Source: the human T2T-CHM13v2.0 reference genome, Homo sapiens. Taken from it: a DNA stretch of 64,000 bases. Below the pieces are notes generated by a model. It saw only the letters and a program-made list of their open reading frames with translations. It was not told the DNA's origin and ran no database searches. The stretch lies in NCBI RefSeq assembly GCF_009914755.1, contig NC_060931.1. One strand, given 5' to 3'. Below, piece after piece: positions 27,791 through 41,344 of the stretch (its first letter is position 1; the number at the start of each line of letters is the position of its first letter). A program made the translations under genes and the position numbers.

Positions 27791-28649
27791 TCTCAATTAT
27801 TACATACCCTTTCTCACAAAGTCATTTTGAAATGATGAAAAAAAGAAGTTACATAATTATAATCACAAGGAAAAGGGTATCAGCAGTAGACCAAAAATGT
27901 TGAGGGATTTCCATAAATAGAAAGTAGAAAGGATAAGAATGACACAGAAACCAAAAGAGAGAAACTCACAGTCTACAGAAAAAATCTATTGCAGTGAGAA
28001 CTTTTCCTGGTGGAGGTGCAGAAAAACTCCAAGCTCAGATTGAATGAGCACAGAGATGAAAAATGAATTGAGGAGTTATGATCCAATTTATGATACTAAT
28101 TTACAACTAATTATACTACTATATATTTATATATTAACTAATTAATTAACCAAAGTAAATAAAGATGATTTAATTAAAAATATTCTTGTAACTGGAGCAG
28201 AAATAGCTTTCTCCATCCCCATTATACAACTGTAGCTGTTAGCTATAGTAGTTTGCCTCTAGGATAAAGTTTACAATGCACTCTGAAAACAAAATGTGGG
28301 ATCTTTTTTGAGTGGACTTGTGTTAAGGATCAATGTCAGAGAGGGCAATTCTGAAAAACATTGAGAAAGTCCACAATGGATGAGGAGGAAGTGATTTTCA
28401 AAAGGAAAGACAACTTCGTTTGACAGTAAGATATACTAAAGCTCTCTACACTCAATGGCATTTTTTTCTTCTTTTACCAAACGTGAGAACCCTTGACTGC
28501 TTGTCTACTTTGTGCCAACCAATCCTGAGAGAAAGTGTGTAAGGCAATAGCTTCCCCTCACTGACACAGTGCCCACAATAGCCCTTCCATCAGGTGAAAG
28601 GCCCACTGTAGAAACACACTTGTAGAACTGTAGAGGAAACTCATAGCAT

Positions 28650-29210
28650 CTGACTACCAGTCATTCTAGTAACAGAGAAAAATTAGGAAGGGATCACCAA
28701 GGATTACAAAATATTTGAGAAAAACCAACAGCATGCAAGACAAAGATCAAGACAAATAAAGCAAACATCTAAACATCTAGATTTGGAGGAAACAGGTAAT
28801 ACATGAAACAAAGAAGAACTTCAAAACTTTTAAAAATCATTGTCCACACTAAGATTCAAAAGAGTATTACATCCACAAAACAAGAGCTGGCTGCCTCAGA
28901 AAAGGAGAAATTAGAATACCTATATACTAAAAACAAAATTACTAAAATAAAATATTTAATATAAAAGTTGACTAATAGAATGGACCTAAATAAAGACTGA
29001 ACAAATAACCCAGAAGACAGAGTGTAATAAATTCTCTAAATACTAAAGTAAAACAATAAGGGAGTAGATTATATGGGAAAGTCAGCCATGTGGCTAACGT
29101 ATATATGCTCCTTTGACATTCAACTCGAGTTCCAGATGCAGACAACAGGAAAAATGTGATGAAGAAAATAAAGAAGAAATAACGGAAAAATATTTATCTG
29201 AATTGAGGGT
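28650..29210 (+). mobile_element. HAL1/old L1 ORF1-like relic
   Basis: A-rich degenerate ORF1-like sequence (catccacaaaacaagag...gagttccaga...gaaataacggaaaaatatttatctgaattgagg). Confidence 0.6.
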
Positions 29211-29354
29211 TGTGTCAGTGGCTTTTTCTTTGGGGAGCATAAATAGAATCAATCAGACAAATAGGGACACCCCCCGCCTCCAAGAGTACTCAAGAAAGAA
29301 CAAAGGATGTTTTAATTCTAAGATGAAGACTTTATCAACCTACTCTGCTAGGCT

Positions 29355-29593
29355 GACTGTTCTCAACTTGGGGTAGGATGGGGTGGGGTTAGGGCAGGTG
29401 GATATTTACCCCAGGCAATTTCCAGAGACATACTTCATTATCACAGTTGATAGGAGGTGGGAAGGGAACTTCTGGCTTCTGGTGGGTCCAGACCAGAAAT
29501 GTTGCTAAACATCCGACAATGCACAGGACAACCATCTGCAACCAAGAGTTGTCCTGTCCAAAATTTTAATAGTGTGGAAGCTGAAAAACTGTG
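29355..29593 (+). mobile_element. MER20
   Basis: gttctcaact...ttgctaaacatccgacaatgcacaggacaacc...ccaaaattttaatagtg...gctgaaaaactgtg. Confidence 0.85.
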
Positions 29594-29599
29594 CTGACT

Positions 29600-30085
29600 G
29601 AATTCTCCCCCTACCCCTGAGACCTTAAATGCATTGTGAAAATACTTCCATCCTCCCCAGCACATGCTTTAGAAGACCTTCTTTTTTTCTCCACTCCCAG
29701 AAGATTCTTGTTATTTTTATAAAGCTGTTCTCTCAGAAAGTTGATAGTATCCTGAAAGTCAACACCATCCAGTGCTTGATGTCTACGAGATTCGACTCTC
29801 TAGGATGCATTGGAGAAAAATCAATCACTTTGACTTTCCTTTACCGGTACTTTTCTGTGTCTACCGCAGGATCATTTAATCCATGTGTTTGTTCTTGTGT
29901 CTCCTTGAGATTAAATACAAATTCTTCCTAATTTGCAGAAATCCTTATGCTGTCTGTCTGTATTATGTCCCAGAGTAGTTGGGGATTTTATTCTTTCGGT
30001 TGTATATTTTTTTGTCATTTCAATGGCCTTTGCGGAAACAGGAGAGGTAAGCACATATACTCAGATTGCTACTTTTAATGAAATT
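29600..30085 (-). mobile_element. HAL1 5' region relic
   Basis: ttttgtcatttcaatgg...ggagaggtaagcacatatactcagattgctactttt resembles the reversed HAL1 5' end. Confidence 0.5.
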
Positions 30086-30329
30086 TTCTGATTATTTTTG
30101 AAAACTTACATCCATAAGATTTTAACTATAAAGAACTGAAGAATCACCAGGAACTTGTGAACATTTATGTTTTCAGGGTTTTTTTGTTGTTGTTTAAAAA
30201 AAGATGGAAAGTATTTGCTGCGTGTTTTTGAAAATTTAATTTTGATGTTGATATTTTTACAAGATGGAAATTTTCTTCGTAGAATCAGATCTTAAAGTGG
30301 AAATTTCTTTTAAAACCGGATATTAATAA

Positions 30330-30555
30330 ACATTATCATAATATTTTATAGCATTTCAGATACAAACTGCTTTCACAATACATTACTCCATCTGAACCTC
30401 GCAACTCCAGGAGCAGGTATTGCTATGACCTTTTATCTGTGAGAAAACTGAAGCCTTGAGAGGCTGGTTGATTTTTGAGTGAAGTCACAGAGCTGGATCT
30501 AAGCCAAGTCTTCTAATTCTTTATTTAACATACCTGCTGGTCTACCATACTGCTT
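30330..30555 (-). mobile_element. MIR
   Basis: catctgaacctcgcaac...aggtattg...ttttatctgtgagaaaactgaagc...gtcacagagctgg. Confidence 0.7.
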
Positions 30556-31384
30556 TCTTACATGGTATCTGTTCCTCCGTTCCATGATAGGGAAGGAGTT
30601 ATGCAATGATTCAAGTACAGTGTCTTGTATTACACCTTCTTTCTTGATATATCTCCATAGATGCTAGCCACAGAGCCCTATTAACATGAGTATACCACTA
30701 GGTCATTGTAAAAAAAAAAAATCAATAAATAAATGACAATGCTCACAATGTAGAAAAATTTCTAAGGAACCTGAGGCATAGAAGAAGCATAGTCAAACCT
30801 AACTTCTCGAGTATCAGATCAAAGAAAAAATAATTTTTGAAGAATTTTCCAAATGTGGCTTAAATCATGCCATGTCGTGTGTACTTCTTCCCAGCATACA
30901 AAACCTCACTGTTGTGTCTTTTGATCCATTATTTCCTTGCTTCTACCTTCATTCACTATTTGGGAAGTTAGAAAAATGACTTTTACTCTCCGTTCTACTT
31001 TTTTAGAAAGTCATAGCTTTACTCATTGAAGTACTGATTTCTAGTAGAATAAAACTATATGTTAATCATAACCTCCTTTTCCCTTGGAAATTCAGGCAAG
31101 TACTGTGATTTATCTTGAAAAATGTGGACTAATAAAAGTCTTTTCTTCTTCTTTTTTCTTTACTAGAACTAGGCCCTGCACTTAGCCCAAAGGGAAGCAC
31201 CCCTTTTTATTGTTGGCCACACTCAGTGTTGCATGGTCAAAGGAGCATTTACATAAGCCAACAAAAGTTAGCACAGCAGGAACAAGAGAAATATGTGTAT
31301 GACCCTCCCATGAGAAAAGAAAAATTTCTGTCTTCACTGTTTTTTACAATTAGTATCAGAAATAAAAAATAACTTAAACATTTG

Positions 31385-31590
31385 TTCAGTATTTAATATG
31401 TCAACTATTGTTTTAAAAAATAACCACTTTGCATTATTGCCTAGTCCTCACAAAACTCCATTGAGAATGGTACTATTTTCTCTCTGATCTTACAGATAAA
31501 AGAGAAAGGAAGAGAGATACAGTAGTTTGCCTAGCAAGTTGTGAGGTCTGGATTCAAACTCAGTCCAATTACAGCACTTGCTCCTAAATT
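31385..31590 (-). mobile_element. MIR
   Basis: tcctcacaaaactcc...ggtactatt...ttacagata...ggattcaaactcag. Confidence 0.6.
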
Positions 31591-32056
31591 GTTTAATAAT
31601 TTCATTTTTTCAGGAATATAGGAAGTTTTCAATATATTATCAAGATCATTTTTTCCATTTCTGACATATTCTTTTCATGGCAAGTTAATATGCTACTGAC
31701 TTTTTCATATGTGCATCAGAATTATAGATAGAAACATTAATGTAAATTAAATAAAATTGTTATTATATTTACTACTTTTTTTTAACTTCCAGGTTTTTTT
31801 GGTGTAGCCAAAGTGCTTGCATTTTCTAATTGGCTCTTGACAGCAGACTGTAACTTAGATACCTAATGGTTTTTTGTCATTTCATTCAATTCTTTCATTT
31901 TTATTTGGTTTGTTCCTGGTAAACTCCCTTTCATATGCCCTCAGGGACAGTCCTAAATCTCTACATTGTCCTCTAGATCATTACTGTCACTCTCATCTTC
32001 AGCAAATACCTATACCTCCCATTTCATGGCCATCCAGTATGAATGTCTTCAGGTCT

Positions 32057-32189
32057 TTCATTTTGTTAATATGCTGTGTCAAATTTATTGATTTGGGTAT
32101 GTTGAACCATCCTTGTATTCTAGGGATAAGTCCCACTTAATCATGGTGAAGGATACTTTTAATAGGCTCTTGAATTCAATTTGCTAGCA
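32057..32189 (-). mobile_element. L1M ORF2 fragment
   Basis: tttattgatttgggtatgttgaaccatccttgtattctagggataagtcccacttaatcatggtg. Confidence 0.85.
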
Positions 32190-32644
32190 CAGGTAACCCT
32201 TGAACAACATGGGTTTGAACTATGTGAGTCCACTTATATGTGTATTCTCTTCCACCTCTGCCACTCCTGAGACAACAAGACCAACCCCTCCTCACCCTCC
32301 TCTTCCTCAGCCTACACAACATGAAGACATTGACAATGAAGTCCTTTATTATGATCCACTTCCACTTAATGAATAGTAAATATATTGTCTCTTTGTTATA
32401 ATTTTCTTAAAAATGCTTTCTTTTCTTTAGCTTACTTTATTGTAAGAGTATAGTATGTAATACATGTACCATACAACATATGTGTTAATCAACTGTTTAT
32501 GTTATTGGTTAGGTTTCTGGTCAAAAGCAGGATATTAGTAGTTAAGTTTGGCAGAGTCAGAAGTTACATCTGGATTTTTGGCTGTGTTGGTGGGTATATT
32601 TTGGGTCAGCACTCCTAATCTCCATATTGTTCAAGAATCAATTG
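32190..32644. mobile_element. Tigger2a/MER28 (TcMar-Tigger)
   Basis: TIRs caggtaacccttgaacaacatggg...tgttcaagaatcaattg followed by TA. Confidence 0.9.
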
Positions 32645-32646
32645 TA

Positions 32647-32831
32647 TATTGATATTGTCATGCAACAACCATCAACACCATTCATCTCCAAAATTCTTTT
32701 CATCTTGTAAAACTGTAACTCCGTACCCATTAAACAATAACTCCCCATTCTCCCTTCCCGCAGCCCCTGGCAACCACCTTTTTACTTTCTATTTTATGAT
32801 TTTGACTACGATAAGTACTTTACACAAGTGG
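32647..32831 (-). mobile_element. L1MB 3' UTR fragment
   Basis: accatcaacaccattcatctccaaaa...cccattaaacaataactcccc...cagcccctggcaaccac. Confidence 0.85.
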
Positions 32832-34822
32832 AGCTTCTTAGATGTTTGTATTTATTTCCTTCATCAAATTCAGGAAATTTTCAAATATTCTGTGACTTTT
32901 TATCTCTCTCTTTTCCTTCTAGAATATCCAAGATGTGTATGCTGGTCCGGTTGATAGTATACCACAGGTTCCTTAGTACTTTGTTTACTTTTTAAATTTC
33001 TGTTCTTCAGATTCAATAATTTCAATGATCCCATCTTCATGTTTACCAATTACTTCTTTTGACTTCTCAAACCTTCCTTGGAATCTCTCTAGAAAACTTT
33101 TCATCTGAGTTGCAGTGGTCCTATATTTTCCACGGGAGATGTTTCAGGCAGTGGATGCCTGGAACTGAAGATAGTACCAAACCCCATTGTCATCAATCAG
33201 AACACATTTCTGTTCATGTCTTTCATCCACAAATTTCATGCATTTTTCATCATAACTAAACGATTGTAATGCATTGTGACCACAACTTTTGCAGTTTGAG
33301 GTGCAACAGCAAACCCAGTACAAGTATTTTTCTTCTTCATAATTAGAAGATCCATTCTTACAACAGATCTTAGCAACCTCAGCATACAATTTTTTTCTTT
33401 CTTAATTAAGCCAAGAACTTTCACCTTTTCACTTAAAGAAAGCACTTTACAGTTTCTCTCTGGTATATCTGAATTGCCAGCCTCACTACTCTTGCACTTT
33501 GGGTCCATTATTAAGTAAGATAAGGGTTACTTGAACACAAGCATTATGATACAACAATGATCAATCTGATAACAGAGATGGCTACTAAGTGACTCACGGC
33601 AGGTAGAGTATACTGTGGATACACTAGACAAAGGGATGATTTATATCCTGGGCAGAATGGAGTAGGACAGTGAAAGATTTCGCCAACATATTCAGAATAG
33701 CATGCAATTTAAAACTTGTAAGTTTTTTATTTTTGGAATTTTCCATTTAATATTTTTGGACCATGGTTGATCGAAGGTAATTGAAACTGGAAAAGAAAGC
33801 TACAGATAACTAGGGGACTATTGTACTGTACTTTTTAGCTTCAGACTTTCTTTTTAGTTTCTTTTTAGATTTCCTTTCTCTTTATATTTCCACTTTGCTC
33901 ATACATCAACTTTCTTGGCTTTTCCAGGTTTTTCTTTAGTTATTTGAGCATCTTTAAGACAACTGTTTTTAAAAAGTTTTTGTATGGTAGATCTGCCATC
34001 AGTTCTGTTGGCTCATGTTTTCCTCTGAATGAAACATACTTTCCTGTTTCTTAGTTTGTCTTATGATTTTTTTAAACTGGACATTTAAATCTAGTAGTGT
34101 GGTAATTCTGGAAATCAGATTATTCCCCTCCTCAGCGTTTCTTATGGATTTTTGTTTTGTTTTGTTTTGATTTGAGTGTTGTAGGCTGTTACTGTGCTGA
34201 GGATAAGGCTGACGTGTAAACAAGGTATTTTCTGAGCCTCCACCTGTTCTTAGCATTATGGTGACTTTCTAATTTTCCACATATATGCAATTGCTTTTGA
34301 ATATCCTAGTTTTTCTGGCTCTCAAAAGGGAAAGAAGAGACAAATGAATGGGGAATGGGATACTGACCCTTTAAATCTCCTGGAGGTCACTTCATCTGGA
34401 GGGAAAAGGGCTTCCAAAAGTTCAGAGAAGTACAACAGTAACAGATGCCCATCTCTGGTGTTTGTACTTCCATAATCAGAAGGAGCTATCAGTGATTAGA
34501 ACACAGATCTCCAGTATTGGAGGATAGGATCCTTATTGCCCACCTTGGCTCCTGCAAGTCCTGTGTAAGCTGCTCCAAGAACACATGCACAGCTGCCCGC
34601 CACAAATCTGGGGTTATGGGGTGGGTGGCTGCTGTCAAGCTAAAAGCTGACATTGACTGAAGTTAACCATAATTTACCATCCATGTCTTCTCCTGGAAGT
34701 TGCAAACCTTCGATTCCAGATTTCCAAAATGGTTACATCGAACAGATTCTGCCACTGTAGATGCCTGGCTGGGGAGATGGATGCCTGGTGCTTTCTATTC
34801 TGCCATCTTTCCAGAACCCTCT
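32832..34822 (-). mobile_element. Old L1M ORF1 and 5' region, interrupted by MER44
   Basis: T-rich ORF1-like sequence contiguous across the MER44 (ttttcatctgagtt|tactgtactttttagc), ending gccatctttccagaa. Confidence 0.75.
33113..33823 (-). mobile_element. MER44/Tigger7 deletion derivative with transposase N-terminal remnant
   Basis: TIRs cagtggtcc...ggggactattg+TA; minus-strand peptide MDPKCKSSEAGNSDIPERNCKVLSLSEKVKVLGLIKKEK is Tigger HTH-like. Confidence 0.88.
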
Positions 34823-36352
34823 CATGCCCAAATAAGCCTTTGTAAGGGTCATCAATAGCTTCTTATACCCGTAATAAATACAAAGACTCTAGGATGAGAA
34901 TAAAATTTTCACAAAATGCTTTTTAAAGTGTAGATAAAATATTATGTAAGACCATTGTCCTACTGTTTGCTCCATACATTTATACAACTTTAAGTCTTTT
35001 TTTCAGTGGTACCAAAATATGCCCTAATATATATGCCAATGAATTGATATTGAAGATTGCTAACAATTTTCATTTTCTATATTCTTTCCTATAGATTATT
35101 CTATTTGATGACTCTCCATCTCAAACATAATAGGAGTGTGCTTCCCCTCTGGGTTTCATAAATTTCCATTGGCAGAAATGATTTTCCCTGTCTGGCAATA
35201 TTGTCTGTGCTAACCAAAGTATTTGCTCTCCCAATTTAGATTTTGAAGTTGGAAGAAGTGGCAAAATGTGAAAAGCAAGAAGCAAGTATTACCAGAGACA
35301 CCTATGAAAAAGAAATCTTTCTGAAGAACATTTTTAAAGTGCCATAATCTGTTCGGTAAGAATGAAATTAATGCACAAAACTGATAAAAATGGACTACCT
35401 GGATGTAGTTTCTGAAATGGCAGGGTATGTGTTCCGGTGTAAAGTACAAAATACATGGCCTAACCTGAGTAATTTTGTCTCTTTGTTTATGATTTTGAAC
35501 AATGGTGTAGAAGAGACAGGGGATTCTTCTTTCCCCTGGAAAACCCCTATTTCTTCCCTCTTAGAATTGAAAGGGGCTACCTTTGTGTTATGAGGCTACT
35601 GGGGAATTTCAGCTAACTCCTGTGGGGAAAGAGATGGAAGCAAGCATTCCTCACAATCCCACTAATCAACCACGGGTTTCTTATGAGCATCTATAGGATT
35701 CCCACAGGTCCCACTGAGGGATAAGTGGTCAAAATAGAATCCCCACATTTAGTCATACTTACTATACTGCCTGTTGCTAACTGTAACAACTGTTCATTCC
35801 CCTGAAGCCTGGAGCCAACTGGCATGGGCTAGAAGTTAAGAAACAGCAGGAGGCCTTCATGGTCACCATAGCTTCCTGGTGACCATCTAATATAAAATTA
35901 GATAGAATAGTATTTTCTTTTAAGCCGAAAATAAATTTTAGCAGTGCTCTTATTGGTTAGTAAAAACTGCATTTGCATTGGTGACACAAACATTGTTATG
36001 TTATTCTAGTCTAACGAGAAACCATCTCAGCAAAGATCATTAGAAAATCATTTTAGAAACCACTAAGTCTTTAGCATAATTTTAAAAAATAAATTCAAGA
36101 GTCTGTCATAATATTGCTCAACCTTACCAAATGAGAATTTTAACAATAGAAAAGGCATTTTCAAAATAATAATCAAGCCTGTGATAAATGAGTTAGAAGT
36201 ATGTGCAGGACATCTTCAGTTTGCCCCTCAGATCCTGTACTCATTCTTCATTCAGTTCTGGCCAGTCCTTTGGCCAGTCCTGGGAAGCTGGCCAAAGGAA
36301 GGGGAGAGAGAAGAAAAAGAAGCTGGACTATTTCTTCTCCTCTCCCTCCTTA

Positions 36353-36822
36353 TGTGACAATTAATTTCATATGTCAACTTTGCTGGGCTGCACTGCCCAG
36401 ATATGTGGTCAAAAATTATTCTGGATGCTCCTATGATGATGTTTTCAGATGAGATTTAACATTTACATTGCCGAACTTTGAGTGAAACAGATTGTCCTCC
36501 ATAATATGAGTGGGTTTCATCCAATCAATTTAAAGCCTGAGAAGAGTAAAAGACTGACTTGCCCCAGAGCAGGAGGGAATACTGGCAACAAATTGCCTTC
36601 ACATTTCAGGCATGAACTACAGCATCAGCTCTTCCTAGGTCTCCAGCCTGCGGGCCACTCTGCAGATTTTGAACTTGCCAGCCTCCATCATCGCATGAGC
36701 AAATTCCTTAAAAAATTCACACACACACACACACACGCACACGCACACACATGCACACACATACGCACACACATGCACACACATATTCTATTAGGTCTAT
36801 TTCTCTGGAGAACCCTCATACA
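36353..36822 (+). mobile_element. MLT2 (MLT2D-like) LTR with internal (CA)n
   Basis: tgtgacaattaatttcatatgtcaact...gcccagatatgtggtcaaa...tttctctggagaaccct. Confidence 0.9.
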
Positions 36823-37069
36823 TCCTGCTTCAGCTCTGAGAGTCAGGAAATAGAAGCATACCCCCCTCTCATACTATAGCTTAGGTAAAATAGCCCCTTC
36901 TCCTCTGGTCCAGCTTTCACTAGGTCAATCTAGTGTCTCTTGTTCTTTGATCATAAGGGTAGTATTATTTCCCCGTGTAGCTAGTCTCTTGTGTCTTACC
37001 ATCCTTTAATTCCCAGCACTGCCCATACTTCTGAAAGCAGTACTTTCATTTTCAACTCAGAGGTTGAGC

Positions 37070-37248
37070 CTGGTTTCTCAACTCAAGCTGCATATTAGAA
37101 TCAGCTGGGAAGCTTTTAAGAAATCCCAACAGCCAGGCCACAAACCAGACCAACTAATGCAGAACCTCTGAGGGTAGAACACAGGCATGTATACTTTTCA
37201 AAGCTCCCCAAGCATTTCCAATGTACAGCCAAGACTGAGAACCACTGC
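37070..37248. mobile_element. MER5B
   Basis: gtttctcaactcaagctgcatattagaatcagctggg...gtacagccaagactgagaaccactg. Confidence 0.85.
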
Positions 37249-37849
37249 ATCAATGTCTCTTCATCTGAACAATTTGAGATGAATGTTGTTTCCAGCCAGA
37301 ACCTGAACAAATACACTATCATCAAAAATATATATATTTGCTTAAAATCCTACAAGCACTTGTCACCAGTACTTTTCATATGATTATTTTCTATATTGCC
37401 ATATATTGTTATTTTGTTATCTCACTTTTAAGACTGTAACTGATTTTTTTTTCTCTCCCATTCTCTCCATATGTTCCAGCTCATGGCCCATAGTGTTGGT
37501 GAGGCCAACACTATAGCTGCAAGCACTTACTTCATTTAAGAAGTTTATCGAGAGCTTTATAAATAAATTCTGTTCTCCATCTACTATGCAAATAAAACTG
37601 CTGTATCTCATTTTGTGTGTAATAAATGTGAATGCAGAAAGCAACCTTGCTTAATGAGATATCTTGCCCAGGTCATAATCTCTTTGGTATTTGCCATTCT
37701 CCATCACTATCCGTTATTACCTATCACTCATCTTCATAGAGCAAATACATCATCTTTCATCAGGAAATGGATTACATTGAGGGGAAGAATATGCTCTTTG
37801 TCTTCCAAAGAAGAAAAGATGAAGGAATGAGTTGAGGGACTTAGGAACA

Positions 37850-38050
37850 AACAATAACTATATGCTAGATGACCTCCTAGGCATTTTACAAATATTACCA
37901 CATTTAATATGCTTTTTAATTTAGTTTTCACAACAAATGAATAAAGTTTTATCATCTCTCTTTACACAGGTGAATCCAAAGGCTGAAAGAGACTGAGTAA
38001 CAGCTATTAAGTAAGGTAGTAGAGCCCACTTTTACTCTGCTAAAATTCTG
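37850..38050 (-). mobile_element. MIR
   Basis: tttaatttagttttcacaaca...tttacacaggtgaa...aggctgaaagagactgagtaac. Confidence 0.6.
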
Positions 38051-38067
38051 AGCTAAAGACTAGCATA

Positions 38068-38384
<317 letters not shown>

Positions 38385-39301
38385 CTAAGTTTTTTTTTTA
38401 ATCCCTTTTGTTACAGCTATGACATCACTCTTCAATATAAATTCATGTCCTTGCATGTGCAAGTTAATCAAAAGTTAAGCAAGAAGTGTTTGTCTTAGTA
38501 AGAATTTTGGTTCATTATAGACCTAAGAATGAAAATTTCAAAGTCCAAGGCTTAGGATATGACCTATTTCTACAGGAGATACTAACCGGGGATACAGAAG
38601 GTTTACCTTAGTCAAATCATTCCTTCATTTCTTTATCTAACACCATTGCTTTATTTCAAAGTCAAGACGAAATTTGAAACTGAACGTGGATTCTGTGCTC
38701 TAACAAAGTTCTGTGACCTTAACATATGTACCCAGACTTTTACCACTCACAGTCATCTCCCAGACAGAGGAAATGACTCATCTTTTTTAAAAAATGGAAG
38801 TCTTAAAGCTAACATAAAATATCCCATGACAAAAATATCTTTTTATATGTAATATAGGAAGTATGAACTTGTGTATTTTTATAAATGTAATTCATTTTCA
38901 GATCTTTAATTCTCAAGTATCTCTGTCAAAATTTCATCCAAAGTAAACCCATAACTGAAAAATAGACTATTAACAGAAAGGAACAGCTATTCTTGGGTTT
39001 AATTACATATATAAGTTTTATATAAAAATTTTAAACTTATTTAAAAATGTGCATCTATTACAACACCATAACTCCAAATTCCGCAAAATTTTTAAAATTG
39101 TTGAAAATAATGGTGTACTTTATTTGATTACAAATAAGGTATGATTAATAAAATACGACCAAACTAATTTTGTACTTAAAAATTTAGACAATTTAAGACT
39201 CAATTTGAAGGGGTCAATTGAAATTACTAAAATTCAGACTGACCTCACCATGAACATTCAGCACGAAAAAGCCATTTTCAAGGAGCTAATGTCCAATATA
39301 C

Positions 39302-39607
39302 TTTTTTTTAAGATGGAGTTTTTAAAGACGGAGTTTCGCTCTTTCACCCAGGCTGGAGTGAAGTGGCGCGATCTGGGCTCACTGCAACCTCGGATCCCCG
39401 GGTTCAAGTGATTCTCCTGCCTCACCCTCCCGTGTAGCTGGGATTACAGGCGCCTGCCACTACGCCCGGCTAGTTTTTTGTACTTTTAGTGGAGACGGGG
39501 TTTCACCATGTTGGTCAGGCTGGTCTCAAACTCCTGACCTCAGGTGATCCACCTGCCTTGGCCTCCCGAAGTGCTAGGATTACAGGCGTGAGCCACCGCG
39601 CCCAGCC
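39302..39607 (-). mobile_element. AluS (CpG-rich)
   Basis: Full reverse-complement Alu with a degenerate tail. Confidence 0.96.
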
Positions 39608-40509
39608 CACAGCATACATTTTTATATGATAAGGTACATCATCTCAGAAGACAGACAGAATAGCTTCAGATATGAACCTCAGAAAGAAGTTCAAAAGGCA
39701 AAGAGATCTGCTTCAAAAAGAAAAATCAAAAGTTGAAGGTCTTGCTCCAAAAGAGGGATTTAATTTAAATTACTCCAAAAAGAATGACTGACTGATATCC
39801 AAAGAAGAAAAAAGTCTTTGCATTCCTGACATCTGATATCTTAATGCATGATACATAAAAAGCAATATATTTCAAGGACACACTAATAATCCCCCATGCA
39901 AAGGGGGGATTATCCTCCAGGGGGGGAATGGGGGGAGAGAGAGACACAGAGAGAGAGAGAGAGAAAGTACATACACAAGCCTGCCTGTTACTGGAGGAGC
40001 ATGGGTGCCAGGATCTTTGACCCAAGGGTCCAAAAGCTTGGCTGAATACAGCATTTCAGTTGTGCCCTGAAGTGAAAGCAGTAAAATAAAGACCAAAGAA
40101 AGCTCTACGTTTAAAGTCAAGACCAAATTGCATAAGAACCAAGGATGTAACCTAGGATAAATGCCTAGCAGAACAAAAAAACACCCAGCATTTTGAAGGT
40201 GATGGCAGGCTGTGAGAAGGCAGGTTGTAGAAATGATGAGGTTGTTTTATGGCATGCTTTTATTGGCTGTATTAGAGAGAATGTGAGGGTGGGTTGGGTA
40301 TGTCCTTGAAGTTATAGGACTTTGGTTTAAATAAACTTTGTTGCACATCCAGTAATAATAGGCAAGCCATTTCTTATTCTTGGTTTTTATTTTCTTCTCT
40401 TTTGTTCTGGCTTTTTTTCCATAATTCCTGCCTTAGTTAATGACACCACCACTTCCCTCTTGGAGCAACCCAGAAAGAAGGGAGTCATCCTAACTCTTCC
40501 TCCTGCCAC

Positions 40510-41200
<691 letters not shown>

Positions 41201-41344
41201 ACTATGATATACAATTCAAACTCAGTAGCCTGCTATGATCTTACTCCCAATTCCCTTTTGATCTGATTTCCTGCCACTCCACAAGCCATATTTACAACTC
41301 TATTCCTGCTAAAGGACGTATCATTTGGCCCTGGGCATTCTCCA

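Larger units (their letters stand above)
36201..37316 (+). mobile_element. LTR33/LTR41-like ERVL solo LTR with nested MLT2 and MER5B
   Basis: tgtgcaggacatcttcagtttgcccctcagatcc at the start; tgtttccagccagaacctgaacaaataca at the end. Confidence 0.65.

Noticed and set aside
33236-33508. Tigger transposase-like ORF as a domesticated TIGD gene
   Set aside because: Only an N-terminal remnant in a ~710-bp non-autonomous MER44; frameshifted, no DDE domain
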